Source: Oligoflexales bacterium (GTDB taxonomy: Bacteria > Bdellovibrionota_B > Oligoflexia > Oligoflexales > RGVZ01). Taken from it: a stretch of DNA of 64,000 nt. This document shows, one piece after another, positions 28,135 through 37,373 of the stretch. Both the position numbers and the translations under genes were made by a program. The notes beneath the pieces were generated by a model. The model saw only the letters and a list, made by a program, of their open reading frames with translations, searched no databases and was not told the origin of the DNA. How positions within the stretch are numbered: position 1 is the stretch's first letter; each line of letters begins with the position of its first letter. The stretch is from NCBI GenBank assembly GCA_947494335.1, contig CANLUT010000003.1, positions 22,682 to 86,681 on the forward strand. The letters run 5' to 3'.

Positions 28135-28611
28135 TTAAGCTTCAACCCAGGCAAAAAACTCTTCCTCTAGTTCATCCATCTCCGTCGGCTTTCCACACTT
28201 TGCGCAATTAACCTGACCACCGCCATCACTGGCAGCCGCCGGGAGATTCTGTCCTTTCACAAAAAGGTGCTGTTGCTGATTTCCACAGCTTGGACATGTG
28301 TAGCTTGCATAAACGGATTGAACCTGAGCTTTGCCGCGAAAGTTTGGAATCATGTTGATCTGGCTAACGATGTCTGGGGTGCACTCTTCAAACACAAGTG
28401 TGCGGCCTTTTTCTAGTTCGCGCATAAAGGTAATCCATGCGCGAACGCCACAGGAGTTCACTGACTCTACCTGCTTAAAGTTGATGATGACATTCTGTCC
28501 GAGAGCTTGAACGAGCTTTGGAAGATGCACTTCAGCATCCTCATTTATTGGACCAAAAAGGCTTAATTTCTCCCACTCACCGTTACGGGCAATTTGGCTT
28601 GTAATGCTCAT
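28135..28611 (-). CDS. STAS-like domain protein with C-terminal CxxC...CxxC zinc ribbon
   Basis: VIINFKQVESVNSCGVRAWITFMREL resembles an anti-sigma antagonist/STAS core. The C-terminus carries CPSCG...(27 aa)...CAKCG. It lies 5 nt upstream of the GGDEF gene. GGAGAG SD. Confidence 0.55.
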   Translation of the reverse strand: MSITSQIARNGEWEKLSLFGPINEDAEVHLPKLVQALGQNVIINFKQVESVNSCGVRAWITFMRELEKGRTLVFEECTPDIVSQINMIPNFRGKAQVQSVYASYTCPSCGNQQQHLFVKGQNLPAAASDGGGQVNCAKCGKPTEMDELEEEFFAWVEA

Positions 28612-28781
28612 GAAACTCTCCGTCTCTATCCCTGAAACCGACTGCGATGATGCCGATCGTTGTCTGCTGGGGAGTATCGGAAGAACGAACTTATCCTTAA
28701 ATGCCTAAGCCCGATGTCAATATTGGCATCGGGCTCATGCATTGGTTTTTACTGGTTTTATTAGTTTTTTTGGCTCTAAGC

Positions 28782-30707
28782 TTAAGGTTGGCCGGTCTCA
28801 ATCAGGTACGGGTAACCCTTTGTATATTTAACCAATTTTTCAAAGGCCTGGGCTTTGGCTTCTTGGGTCATCCTGCTCTTTTCTACAGCCGAGTCTAACT
28901 GAGCTTTGTATGCGTCAGTAATTTCTGTCATGTCGTAGTTGCGGCTAACGAGAAGCTCATCGATCGGATCGCCTTGTGTGATTTTTGTGATTTCCCATTC
29001 ACCATCTGTATTGACGTGCACTTCGACCTCGTGAATTGCGCCAAAGAGGTTGTGCTCATTTGCCAGAGACTCCTGATAAGCACCGACAAGGAAGAACCCA
29101 ATGTAGTACGGAGAGTCACTTGGTGGATGAAGTTCTAGCACCGTCTTGGTGTCCGCACGATCGATGAACGTGGTCAGACATCCGTCAGAGTCGCATGTGA
29201 TGTCAACGATGGTTGCTTTGAGATTCGGTTTTTCATCGTGTCGCGATAGCGGCATGACGGGGAAAAGCTGATTGATTGACCAAGAATCTGGAATGGACTG
29301 GAAAATTGAGAAGTTCGCCAGGTACTTAGAAACCATGACCTTTTGGAGATTTTCAAACTCTTCTTGGGTGTGACGTTCGAAGCTCGAAAAGTATAGGGCT
29401 TTGCGGCAGATTCGGTGAAATAATTCTTCTGCTACTGCGCGATCTTTCAGCTGCAAGTAGCCAAGGTTGAAAAGCGTAAAGAGCTCTTCCTGATAAACGA
29501 TGGAGTCGTGATAGTACTCGACGTAGTTCTTGCGATTCATGTTGTTTACGATGTAGCGCAACTCATTAAGTGCTTTGTGAGCACTCTGATCAATATGCTC
29601 CAAGTCCAGAATGTCATCGGCATCCATATTAACATCCGCGCCTTGAACTTCACGGATGTTAGTTACGACAACGCTATGGTATGCAGCGATAACTCGGCCT
29701 GACTCTGTGACGATGGTTGGGTGAGGGACACCTTCATTGTCACAGACTTCCATGAGTACGTAGACAGCGTCGTTGGCGAATTCTTGTAAGCTATAGTTGG
29801 CTGAAGACTCAAAGCTTGTCTTACTGCCGTCGTAGTCTACGCCTACGCCGCCACCAATATTTAAGTAGTTCGGTTTAAAGCCTGATTTGATGACTTTTGA
29901 ATAAACGCGCGCAGCCTCTTTCAAGGCGCCTTTGAATCTCTTGATTTCGGTGATCTGACTGCCGATGTGGAAGTGCAGCATGGCGAGTTTTTCAGTCAAA
30001 TTCGCCTTTTCAAGCATCTGAAGTGCGTGGATCACCTCTGTCGTGGTAAGTCCGAATTTGGACTGCTCACCCGAGCTTTTCTCCCATTTTCCGGAGCCCT
30101 TGGAGTAAAGACGTACGCGAAGTCCAATTTCAGGGCAGTCTTTGTAATGTGCGGCGCGGTCGATGATCATCTGAAGCTCATCAGGACCTTCCACGACCAT
30201 CACAACGTTTTTACCCATCGCCTTGGCGATGAAGCCCATGTCGATGAATTCCTGGTCCTTGAATCCGTTGCAAACCATCAAGGCGCTATCTTGAAGTTTG
30301 TAGCCAAGGGCTGCGATGAATTCTGTTTTACTTCCGACTTCGAGACCGTAGTCGACTTTTCGACCGGCATTGACAATGGCGTCAATGAACTCACGGCGCT
30401 GATTGACTTTAAATGGGAAGACGCCCATGTGGCGACCTTTGAAGTTGTTATCAGCGATCGCATTTTTGAATGACCGATGCATCCGCTCAAGCTGCCCCTC
30501 GATGATTTGGGGAAAGCGTATAATGAGAGGAGCAGTAAGGCCTTTCTTGCGCACCTCTTCCATCACATCGGGTAAAGACACACTGATGTGTTCCTCGCCA
30601 GTCGGATTAGCAACTACGTGGCCTTGATCGTTGATACCAAAATAACCCGCACCCCAACCGTCGATGCCGTAAAGTTCTCGGGCTTCTTGAATTTGGCGAA
30701 TATTCAT
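28782..30707 (-). CDS. speA: biosynthetic arginine decarboxylase
   Basis: LYGIDGWGAGYFGIN N-terminus, about 640 aa, fold-III PLP decarboxylase layout (FPFKVNQ, LHFHIGSQ, GGGVGVDY). ATG 30707 has a GAGGA SD that contains the ORF-track GTG. Confidence 0.9.
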   Translation of the reverse strand: MNIRQIQEARELYGIDGWGAGYFGINDQGHVVANPTGEEHISVSLPDVMEEVRKKGLTAPLIIRFPQIIEGQLERMHRSFKNAIADNNFKGRHMGVFPFKVNQRREFIDAIVNAGRKVDYGLEVGSKTEFIAALGYKLQDSALMVCNGFKDQEFIDMGFIAKAMGKNVVMVVEGPDELQMIIDRAAHYKDCPEIGLRVRLYSKGSGKWEKSSGEQSKFGLTTTEVIHALQMLEKANLTEKLAMLHFHIGSQITEIKRFKGALKEAARVYSKVIKSGFKPNYLNIGGGVGVDYDGSKTSFESSANYSLQEFANDAVYVLMEVCDNEGVPHPTIVTESGRVIAAYHSVVVTNIREVQGADVNMDADDILDLEHIDQSAHKALNELRYIVNNMNRKNYVEYYHDSIVYQEELFTLFNLGYLQLKDRAVAEELFHRICRKALYFSSFERHTQEEFENLQKVMVSKYLANFSIFQSIPDSWSINQLFPVMPLSRHDEKPNLKATIVDITCDSDGCLTTFIDRADTKTVLELHPPSDSPYYIGFFLVGAYQESLANEHNLFGAIHEVEVHVNTDGEWEITKITQGDPIDELLVSRNYDMTEITDAYKAQLDSAVEKSRMTQEAKAQAFEKLVKYTKGYPYLIETGQP

Positions 30708-30869
30708 CTTTTGTGGCGTCCTCACATGAAGGTTGGAGACGATAAATATTAATGAAATAGATTTCTTTCATAAGCCATATGGGACAAATATCAAGTGCAA
30801 ATTGCGCCTGGGAGCGATAATAAAAAATCCTGGCTTTTTTGAAGATTTAGGAATCGGGGAGTCATCGCC

Positions 30870-31451
30870 TTGAAAATTTCCTCCGGCTGGAGCAAAGGCC
30901 TGAAAATATTGACGCCTGAAGGTTTCGACACACGCCCGACCAGGGAGCGTGTGCGTCAGTCTGCCGTCAACATGCTTCAGCCGTGGATACCTGAGGCGCG
31001 GGTTTTGGATCTGTTTGCTGGAAGTGGCGCTGTGGGTATTGAGCTCGTCAGTCGCGGTGCGGTCGGAGCGCAGTTTGTGGAGATTTCGCAGCCTGCCTTA
31101 AAGTGTCTACGTTCAAATATGGCAGAAGCTCAGGCAAGGGCCAGTAAGCAGGGTATTCCGCTTAAGCCCTGGCAACTATCTGTGATGGATGCCCTTCAAT
31201 TTGTAAAGTCGACCCCCGAAAACAGCTTTGAGCTGATCTGGGCGGATCCCCCCTACGAGGCGGTGGTCGGGTTTTTGACGGGTTCTTCCGTGGACCTTAG
31301 CCGTATTTTGAGCCCGGGCGGAATCTTCGCGCTTGAATCCGGTTTGGATGCCAAGGAGCTTACAGCGTCCTGGGGGCTTGGCTCCGGTCTAATGCTTGAG
31401 AAACAGCGCGAGTACGGTGTTTCCCTGATATCAATCTGGCGAAAATCTTAA
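30870..31451 (+). CDS. rsmD: 16S rRNA (guanine966-N2)-methyltransferase
   Basis: RPTRERVRQSAVNML, DLFAGSGAVGIE (SAM motif) and ADPPY. It sits directly upstream of coaD, the common rsmD-coaD pairing. TTG start. Confidence 0.85.
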   Translation: MKISSGWSKGLKILTPEGFDTRPTRERVRQSAVNMLQPWIPEARVLDLFAGSGAVGIELVSRGAVGAQFVEISQPALKCLRSNMAEAQARASKQGIPLKPWQLSVMDALQFVKSTPENSFELIWADPPYEAVVGFLTGSSVDLSRILSPGGIFALESGLDAKELTASWGLGSGLMLEKQREYGVSLISIWRKS

Positions 31452-31508
31452 TCATTTGAGACACTAAAGCCTGAATTTCGATGATCCTCCAATGACTTTG
31501 AGGTGAAC

Positions 31509-31988
31509 ATGTCAGCTGTAGCTCTGTATGCGGGAAGCTTTGATCCAGTTACCATGGGACACATGGACATTATTGTCCGAGCAAGTCGTATCTTTGATCG
31601 TTTGGTCATTGGTGTTGGACACAACCCAAAGAAGCCTGGACTCTTCAGCGATAAAGAACGCATTGAGCTCCTCAAACACTGCTGCAAGGGTTTAAAAAAT
31701 GTCTCAATTAAGTCTTCCTCTGGTCTGACAGCCGACTTTGCAAAGCGTGAGGGTTGCAGTGTTTTGATTCGGGGTCTTCGTGATGCGCAGGATTTTGGGT
31801 ATGAGATGCAGATGGCGCATATGAATCATCATTTGGCTGGAACCATCGAGACGGTATTTATGCCGTGTATGCAGCAATACTCTAATATCAGCTCCTCTTT
31901 AGTCAAAGAGGTTGCAAGCCTTGGCGGCAAAATCAAAGGACTCGTTCCTCCGCCAGTTGAGGCGGCTCTGCGTAAGAAGCTGAAGTGA
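31509..31988 (+). CDS. coaD: phosphopantetheine adenylyltransferase
   Basis: ALYAGSFDPVTMGHMDII (T/HxGH nucleotidyltransferase motif) and ISSSLVKE. ATG 31509 follows a GAGGTG SD. Confidence 0.9.
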   Translation: MSAVALYAGSFDPVTMGHMDIIVRASRIFDRLVIGVGHNPKKPGLFSDKERIELLKHCCKGLKNVSIKSSSGLTADFAKREGCSVLIRGLRDAQDFGYEMQMAHMNHHLAGTIETVFMPCMQQYSNISSSLVKEVASLGGKIKGLVPPPVEAALRKKLK

Positions 31989-32008
31989 TGTTTTGGCAAG
32001 AGATTGTA

Positions 32009-34399
32009 ATGAGACAAATACTAAACCAAGAGAAATGTTTTCTCCTCAGTTTTTATCTCTTTTTTTGTGTGAATCAGTCTTTATCCGCAGCTCAAATTAG
32101 CGGACTCACGCCTCGCGACCTGAAGGTGACGCGGGGTGACCAATTGACACTGCGCGTGGCAACAACTGGCGATCAGCCCACGATCGAATGGTGGAGCGAG
32201 GGCCGCGTCATTTGCAAATCTGATAGTTGCGTTGTTGATACATCGTCATTTTCCCCAGGCAAGACCCTAATTGATGTTGTGGTTGAGGATGAATCTGGAG
32301 CTTCCTTATCTCAAACGTTCGTCAGTGCCATGGACGCGCCACCTTTATACACACCCAAGACATTGACTCCTGATGTCCTCGCTCCCGAGGAAGCGCCCAA
32401 GTCCGTGGCCAAAGGGCAGTGGCTCATCGTAGAGCGCGACGGCGGAGTTTCGTTTACTCATCCAGCTCGGCCCAAGGAAATCGTTCAGGTGTCTATGTTC
32501 TCTGTCCCATCGGCAGAAGCCGTCTATACGGTTTCTGCGGGAGGCTTGGGGATTATCCGTCGCATCGGTATGCCAGAGCAGGTGTTATTGTCCGAATCAG
32601 CTAAGTTTACCGTCGGGAAGGACGGTCGGTTTGAATTACTTTCTGGGCGGGCATTGTGGCGGTCGCATTCCGAAAGTAATGATGTAACGAATATGCTTGT
32701 AGTTGCCGGTGGCGAGGTCCAGGTCAAGGGCTCGTCTTTAGTTGGTTTAGAGGTTGGAAGTCTGACCAAAAATGAAAGTCGAGCGATTATTCAAAATTTT
32801 CAGTCGCAGTCTCTGACTGTGAGTTGTCGCGCAAAGGCCAAAGCTGTCCCAGTTGGAATTCGTCGAGCCGGAATGTTGGTGCTAAACAGTGAGTTCATGT
32901 GTGTGCGTATGGATCCGGAGGATTTTCGCGGTGATGACTCCTCATCTTGGGTGTCCAAATGGTCCCCGTGGTGGTTCACGGAGCAACTCACTGGTGCTGT
33001 TGATCGGTGGCGCAGCGACTATGTTTTATTTTCTGACAGTCGTGCGCTGGCGGAGCGCATTGTTGTCGCCCAAAAATTTAAAGATCAAGCTGACTGTGCC
33101 AGTGCCCTGGATGTTTTGAACATTCGTCAAGCCAGTGATAAGAAATCTATGGATCGTTTGAAAATCGTTGGTATGTGCCAGTTCAGCTTGAATATGTTTG
33201 GCAAAAGTTTAGGGACGTTTTCCCGGTTGAATGAAATGAAGATTGATCCTCCACAAACGGCGTTCATGATTGGAAAGTCGTATCAAAATCTCAACCGGCA
33301 TGATCTTGCGCTACATTGGTTTGATCAGGCTTATGCGCGTGACTATCAGCCCCTATCAGAGCTTGGAGTTGCTGCTGTTTTATCTGCTGATGCTATCAAG
33401 GACGGGACCCAGAAGCTTCGCTGGTTGGAAGTCACGTGGTGGGCGGAAAACGAGAGTAAAGTGGCCGCGCGACAGGCTTATCTTAGCTGGTATACGCGCA
33501 GGCCAAAGGGAGCAGAGGTATCGGCTGCAGTTTACATGGATAGCCAGGCTGTTCCTCTCAATTCAAAAACGTCAACCCCGCTGCCAATTAAATTAAAGGC
33601 GAGTCGAGCCATCAAGACTGCGCTTAATGCTGACTGGTGGACAGAGCGTCCTATAGCGGGGCAGTCGAAGTTTAGAGTGCAAGGTTGGCACAACTTTCAG
33701 ACGCCCATGGCTGCGAGTTTATCGTTTGCATCGACGTCCGAACATGTTCTCGGGGTGGATTTTAAAATTGGAAGTTTTGACAATAAGGGTGACATCGATC
33801 GCTGGAATATTTCCACAGGGGCGCGAATGGGTCTTGGTATAGTTGGCGGTGAGTCCCAGAGAGATCGGTACGGCTTTGTTGTGGAGGCGCATAGACCAAG
33901 TTGGACCGGATTTTTTGTCAGCCTTCAGTCAGATAAATACTTTGATCCAAGTCCAGGAGGAGCCGACCTGCTCGATCTAGATATGGAGCGCTACACAGGT
34001 GAGGTCGACCACAGTCATGTGGACTTAAAGTTTTTTGCTGGCTTCAAGTCTCTAGGCCATCCGCTGGGTTGGTCATTTAGTCTAGGCTCGGGGTCGATAG
34101 ATTATCGAACGCCTGAGATGGGACGCTATGATCATTCCCTTTCTATATTTGATGGGCAAGTAATGTGGCAACCAGCCGATCGATGGAGTTACTCGGTTGA
34201 GGGACGATTCAAAAATCGATCGTTTAATGAGGGTGGTTCTGACAGCACTCAAACGTTAAAAGCCGACGCGAAGGCTCGACTTTTTCCTCTTTGGCGATTC
34301 TCGTTGTTTGCAGGTTATGAACTGCGCAAAGTTTCTGCAGATGTTCTTACGAGTTGGGGGCGGAACTTTTACGGCATGGCAGTACAAACGGATCTGTGA
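32009..34399 (+). CDS. large exported multidomain protein (Ig-like N-terminus, possible FecR-like and TPR-like regions, beta-rich C-terminus)
   Basis: The leader MRQILNQEKCFLLSFYLFFCVNQSLSAAQ favours ATG 32009 (the ORF track starts at GTG 31985, overlapping the coaD stop). The last 250 aa or so show an alternating beta-strand pattern. Domain calls are tentative. Confidence 0.55.
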   Translation: MRQILNQEKCFLLSFYLFFCVNQSLSAAQISGLTPRDLKVTRGDQLTLRVATTGDQPTIEWWSEGRVICKSDSCVVDTSSFSPGKTLIDVVVEDESGASLSQTFVSAMDAPPLYTPKTLTPDVLAPEEAPKSVAKGQWLIVERDGGVSFTHPARPKEIVQVSMFSVPSAEAVYTVSAGGLGIIRRIGMPEQVLLSESAKFTVGKDGRFELLSGRALWRSHSESNDVTNMLVVAGGEVQVKGSSLVGLEVGSLTKNESRAIIQNFQSQSLTVSCRAKAKAVPVGIRRAGMLVLNSEFMCVRMDPEDFRGDDSSSWVSKWSPWWFTEQLTGAVDRWRSDYVLFSDSRALAERIVVAQKFKDQADCASALDVLNIRQASDKKSMDRLKIVGMCQFSLNMFGKSLGTFSRLNEMKIDPPQTAFMIGKSYQNLNRHDLALHWFDQAYARDYQPLSELGVAAVLSADAIKDGTQKLRWLEVTWWAENESKVAARQAYLSWYTRRPKGAEVSAAVYMDSQAVPLNSKTSTPLPIKLKASRAIKTALNADWWTERPIAGQSKFRVQGWHNFQTPMAASLSFASTSEHVLGVDFKIGSFDNKGDIDRWNISTGARMGLGIVGGESQRDRYGFVVEAHRPSWTGFFVSLQSDKYFDPSPGGADLLDLDMERYTGEVDHSHVDLKFFAGFKSLGHPLGWSFSLGSGSIDYRTPEMGRYDHSLSIFDGQVMWQPADRWSYSVEGRFKNRSFNEGGSDSTQTLKADAKARLFPLWRFSLFAGYELRKVSADVLTSWGRNFYGMAVQTDL

Positions 34400-34511
34400 C
34401 TCGGAGTCGGTTTAATAATGAGATTCTGAAGCTTAGCGTAATTTTTTAAAAATTATTGACACATCTATATCTCTGGCGGAACATAATTGGACCTTCTTTT
34501 TACAAGGATCA

Positions 34512-35033
34512 ATGATGAACTCATGTTTGAAGTTTTTCAATTTGCTGATCGTTCTGGTGGCTGTAAATTCTTGCGCCGTTCTCCACAAAACTCAGGTTGG
34601 CGATCTAAACGATGATCCGAAGTTTGCGCTGCGTCCGTTTGAGCTGAAAGTTAGCGAAACTGGAGTCGACTTTGAGGAGGCCGGTAAAGTGGCTAAGGCC
34701 CTGTCGCGTTCCAAGACAGCGCAAAAAGATATCGACGGCGTGATGGGTATTATTCAGCTGTTTCAGCAGGGTCCTCGCACAGGTGTGCCAGTTTTTTCAG
34801 AGTCCTACGCACAAAATATCGTAAATGATCTATATAAAGAGTGTCCTTCAGGCCGCGTGACGGGGTTGGTCTCGATTCGCGAAATGCGGAAGTACCCTGT
34901 TATTAGCGGGGAAATTGTAAAGATCAAAGGCTACTGCATGCTTCCGAGAGATTCAGCGCAAAAATCAAATAGTGAGTCAAATGGCTCGCCTAAAACTAAA
35001 TCAAAATCAAACTCTAAAAAGGAGACGATCTAA
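34512..35033 (+). CDS. small lipoprotein, paralogue 1 of 3 (extended, Lys/Ser-rich tail)
   Basis: Lipobox LVAVNS-C. Conserved core ...YAQNIVNDLYKECPSGRVTGLVS...KIKGYC. AAGGA SD. Confidence 0.7.
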   Translation: MMNSCLKFFNLLIVLVAVNSCAVLHKTQVGDLNDDPKFALRPFELKVSETGVDFEEAGKVAKALSRSKTAQKDIDGVMGIIQLFQQGPRTGVPVFSESYAQNIVNDLYKECPSGRVTGLVSIREMRKYPVISGEIVKIKGYCMLPRDSAQKSNSESNGSPKTKSKSNSKKETI

Positions 35034-35344
35034 TGCTGCATCGTATAATTTCTCAAGGCATGGTCGTGCTAGGGCTCGTATCGTGCGTTCATGTGCAAAG
35101 TGTCTCTTTAACTCAAATTCCCGAGAAACGAACCAACAAGGTTACTGCGACGACTGAAAAGTGGATTTTCTTTGCTGCTAATTTTGACAACGATTTCGTC
35201 GATAAAATTAGCGAGGATTTAAGAGAAAAATGCTCCGGCGGAAAAGTTCAGGGCATTTTGACCAAGGACGAGTATGCCAATTATTTTATTGGATTAGTCG
35301 TCAAGCGTCGAATCACAGCATCCGGATATTGCAGTAAGGCTTAA
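35033..35344 (+). CDS. small lipoprotein, paralogue 2 of 3
   Basis: Lipobox VLGLVS-C. Core ...NDFVDKISEDLREKCSGGKVQGILT...ASGYC. TAATG overlap with the upstream stop. AGGAG SD. Confidence 0.7.
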   Translation: MLHRIISQGMVVLGLVSCVHVQSVSLTQIPEKRTNKVTATTEKWIFFAANFDNDFVDKISEDLREKCSGGKVQGILTKDEYANYFIGLVVKRRITASGYCSKA

Positions 35345-35358
35345 GGAGGGTGATGTCA

Positions 35359-35673
35359 GTGAAAAAAATATTTCCTCTTATCGTGACACTCTTTTTGGGC
35401 GCAAGTTGCATGCATTCCATTCACCAAGTCCACGTTAGTGATTTTGATCCCTATGGATCATTTGAGTCTGGTAAGATTGTGAAGGCTAAGACAGAGCAAT
35501 TTGTCATTATGGGCTTTGTTACCGAGTCTAATTACGTTGATAAAGCATATCGGGATCTCCAAGCCAAATGTAAAGATGGCCGCATTCAAGGTATAACGAC
35601 CCAATACATTACAAGTTTGGGGTTTTTCAGCTGGACGAACAAGATTTTGATGCAAGGTTTGTGTCTAAGTTGA
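35359..35673 (+). CDS. small lipoprotein, paralogue 3 of 3
   Basis: GTG 35359 lies 9 nt after AAGGAGG (35343-35349) and gives MKKIFPLIVTLFLGAS-C. The ORF-track start at 35350 is too close to the SD. Core ...SNYVDKAYRDLQAKCKDGRIQGITT...MQGLC. Confidence 0.7.
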   Translation: MKKIFPLIVTLFLGASCMHSIHQVHVSDFDPYGSFESGKIVKAKTEQFVIMGFVTESNYVDKAYRDLQAKCKDGRIQGITTQYITSLGFFSWTNKILMQGLCLS

Positions 35674-35706
35674 GGTCTAAAACAGTTGTTGTCGCCAGTT
35701 AAATTT

Positions 35707-36660
35707 CTACGGTCGTACTTCCAGCCAAATAATGAGCTTTGAATACGACTCGGATTCTGTTTTGCCAGTCAAGATGGGTCCGATGATGGGGATGTCAGCG
35801 ATGGCAAATGGCCGGCGAGTCTCCTCTGCCGAGGATGAAAGATTGATGACAGCAGCCAATTTTCTCTCGCCGAAATTTAGGTCTATGGATGATTTCGCCT
35901 CGCTAAGGCCGTAAGAACCGTTTCGCTTTGCCGGTGTTCTTAAAGATATGGAGTAGGGGACTCGGACAGTAAGTCGATTCATGGGGATAAGTTTCATTCG
36001 AAGCGATAAACCATGTTGTTTCCAGACGCTAACGATTGCGTCGGTTCCTGTACGGGACTCGGTCTGTTCTTCGCCTCCCGCGTGAATTTCAATGTCGGTA
36101 CAAGGGTTGGCTGTGATTATCGGATCACCTATGATTTTGCGATCTTGGGATGAATCCGTCAAATCAGCATCAAAACTGACAAGGGCGTTTTGTTGGGACG
36201 GCGTCAACTTGATAGCACTCATGACTCCGTGTCCTGTAGATTTTGCCTTGGTACTGTTAGCCATCTCGACTGTGGTCAGCACTTGAAATTGTTGTACATC
36301 CAGAGTCGTTGGAGACGCGCACGAAGAAAGAGTTGGTTTTATGCTTTGGAATCCCAATTTTTTACCCGTCTCGGGTTGTTTGACAAGAACATAGATTGTC
36401 CTGGATAGCTGCTGTGCTGATTTTATTTCGATAGCTACCATGCCGGATCTGAGTGCAGTTAGCTGCCAACGGTCGTCGTGCTGGTGAATCAGATGGACGA
36501 TACCTTTACGGCTAATGTGTACTTTTAATGCGCGTTCGAACCTAATATCTCGACTTTCGCCCACGATCATGTGAATTTTCTCGAGATCACCCGCCAAAGA
36601 TGGTTTGGTTGCGATGATCGCTATCGCCAGAAGAGTCTTAAATAAAAGTCTACGAGCCAT
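35707..36660 (-). CDS. short secretin-family protein (CpaC/RcpA-like)
   Basis: Signal peptide MARRLLFKTLLAIAIIATKPSLA. The N-terminal IHMIVGESRDIRFERALKVHISRKGIVHL...LTALRSGMVAIEI resembles the pilus-formation N-terminal (T2SS/T3SS_pil_N-like) region. The C-terminal ...FAIADIPIIGPILTGKTESESYSKLIIWLEV resembles the secretin C-terminal motif. AAGGA SD. Confidence 0.6.
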   Translation of the reverse strand: MARRLLFKTLLAIAIIATKPSLAGDLEKIHMIVGESRDIRFERALKVHISRKGIVHLIHQHDDRWQLTALRSGMVAIEIKSAQQLSRTIYVLVKQPETGKKLGFQSIKPTLSSCASPTTLDVQQFQVLTTVEMANSTKAKSTGHGVMSAIKLTPSQQNALVSFDADLTDSSQDRKIIGDPIITANPCTDIEIHAGGEEQTESRTGTDAIVSVWKQHGLSLRMKLIPMNRLTVRVPYSISLRTPAKRNGSYGLSEAKSSIDLNFGERKLAAVINLSSSAEETRRPFAIADIPIIGPILTGKTESESYSKLIIWLEVRP

Positions 36661-37087
36661 AGCTAATCCTTGGATGCACAGCGCATGACCGAGTCCTTAT
36701 TGTTGCTTTGATGTCCTCAACATCAGGTTGTTTAAGATCACTAGGCCATAGATTCAAAGCTAAGCTTTCCAATCCATCTAGCCCTAATTCTAAAAAGATA
36801 TTTTGATCGCTAGTTTGTAGACGTGCTGGTTTGTGGTTAATCATGCAAGGTCCATCTAAGTCCGTTGTGGACTTTCGTATGAGTTGGACAAGTTGTCCCT
36901 TCATGCTTGCGATGCGACCCGGAGTGGTGAAGTCTCGTGCTGGTAATACGAGATAAATCCCGGGATCTTGGCTTGATACCCGTGGTTTTTGATTGAGCGT
37001 TGGCAATGTCCAGGATGCAACTACAAAGCCTGTAATGAATGCAGCACCAATTGTTAGCACCTTGCCTGGTATGGCTTCAGCGTTCAT
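36650..37087 (-). CDS. single-pass membrane protein, secretin-operon member (possible CpaB/RcpC-like)
   Basis: ATG 37087 with a GAGG SD. N-terminal TM segment VLTIGAAFITGFVVASW, then a soluble part. It overlaps both neighbours by 11 nt. The family call is speculative. Confidence 0.45.
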   Translation of the reverse strand: MNAEAIPGKVLTIGAAFITGFVVASWTLPTLNQKPRVSSQDPGIYLVLPARDFTTPGRIASMKGQLVQLIRKSTTDLDGPCMINHKPARLQTSDQNIFLELGLDGLESLALNLWPSDLKQPDVEDIKATIRTRSCAVHPRISYGS

Positions 37088-37370
37088 GGCATGCCTCGCT
37101 TTCACAGCTTGAGATCATCATGACAATCAGTTCTTGTGGGGTTATGTCATGTTGTCCCCTAAATGAGGATAGGTCTGGCATTAGGCATGATTTTAGAATG
37201 TTGTGATCAGAGATCTGCTCTTCTGTGGAAGTGATGGCTTCAATGGGACAATCGGTCTTTCGCGAATGATAGACAAGATCTCTGAAGAGTGTCTTTTGTT
37301 TAAAGAGTGCACCCTCACCGATCCATAGTGAGATGAGTAGCGATGATAGCCCTAGAAGGAGATTTGCCAT
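37077..37370 (-). CDS. small N-terminally anchored protein, secretin-operon member
   Basis: 97 aa. MANLLLGLSSLLISLWIGEGALF hydrophobic N-terminus. GGAGAG SD. It starts 3 nt after the upstream stop. Confidence 0.45.
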   Translation of the reverse strand: MANLLLGLSSLLISLWIGEGALFKQKTLFRDLVYHSRKTDCPIEAITSTEEQISDHNILKSCLMPDLSSFRGQHDITPQELIVMMISSCESEACHER

Positions 37371-37373
37371 CGT

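Noticed and set aside
28708-28735. The hairpin agcccgatg-N10-catcgggct downstream of speA, as an intrinsic terminator.
   Set aside because: The T-rich tract follows it on the plus strand, not on the minus strand where speA is transcribed. It may still act as a terminator, but it does not fit the canonical form, so it is not listed as a feature.
29967-30473. A 168-aa plus-strand ORF within speA.
   Set aside because: speA on the minus strand is unambiguous across this region, so the plus-strand ORF is a shadow frame.
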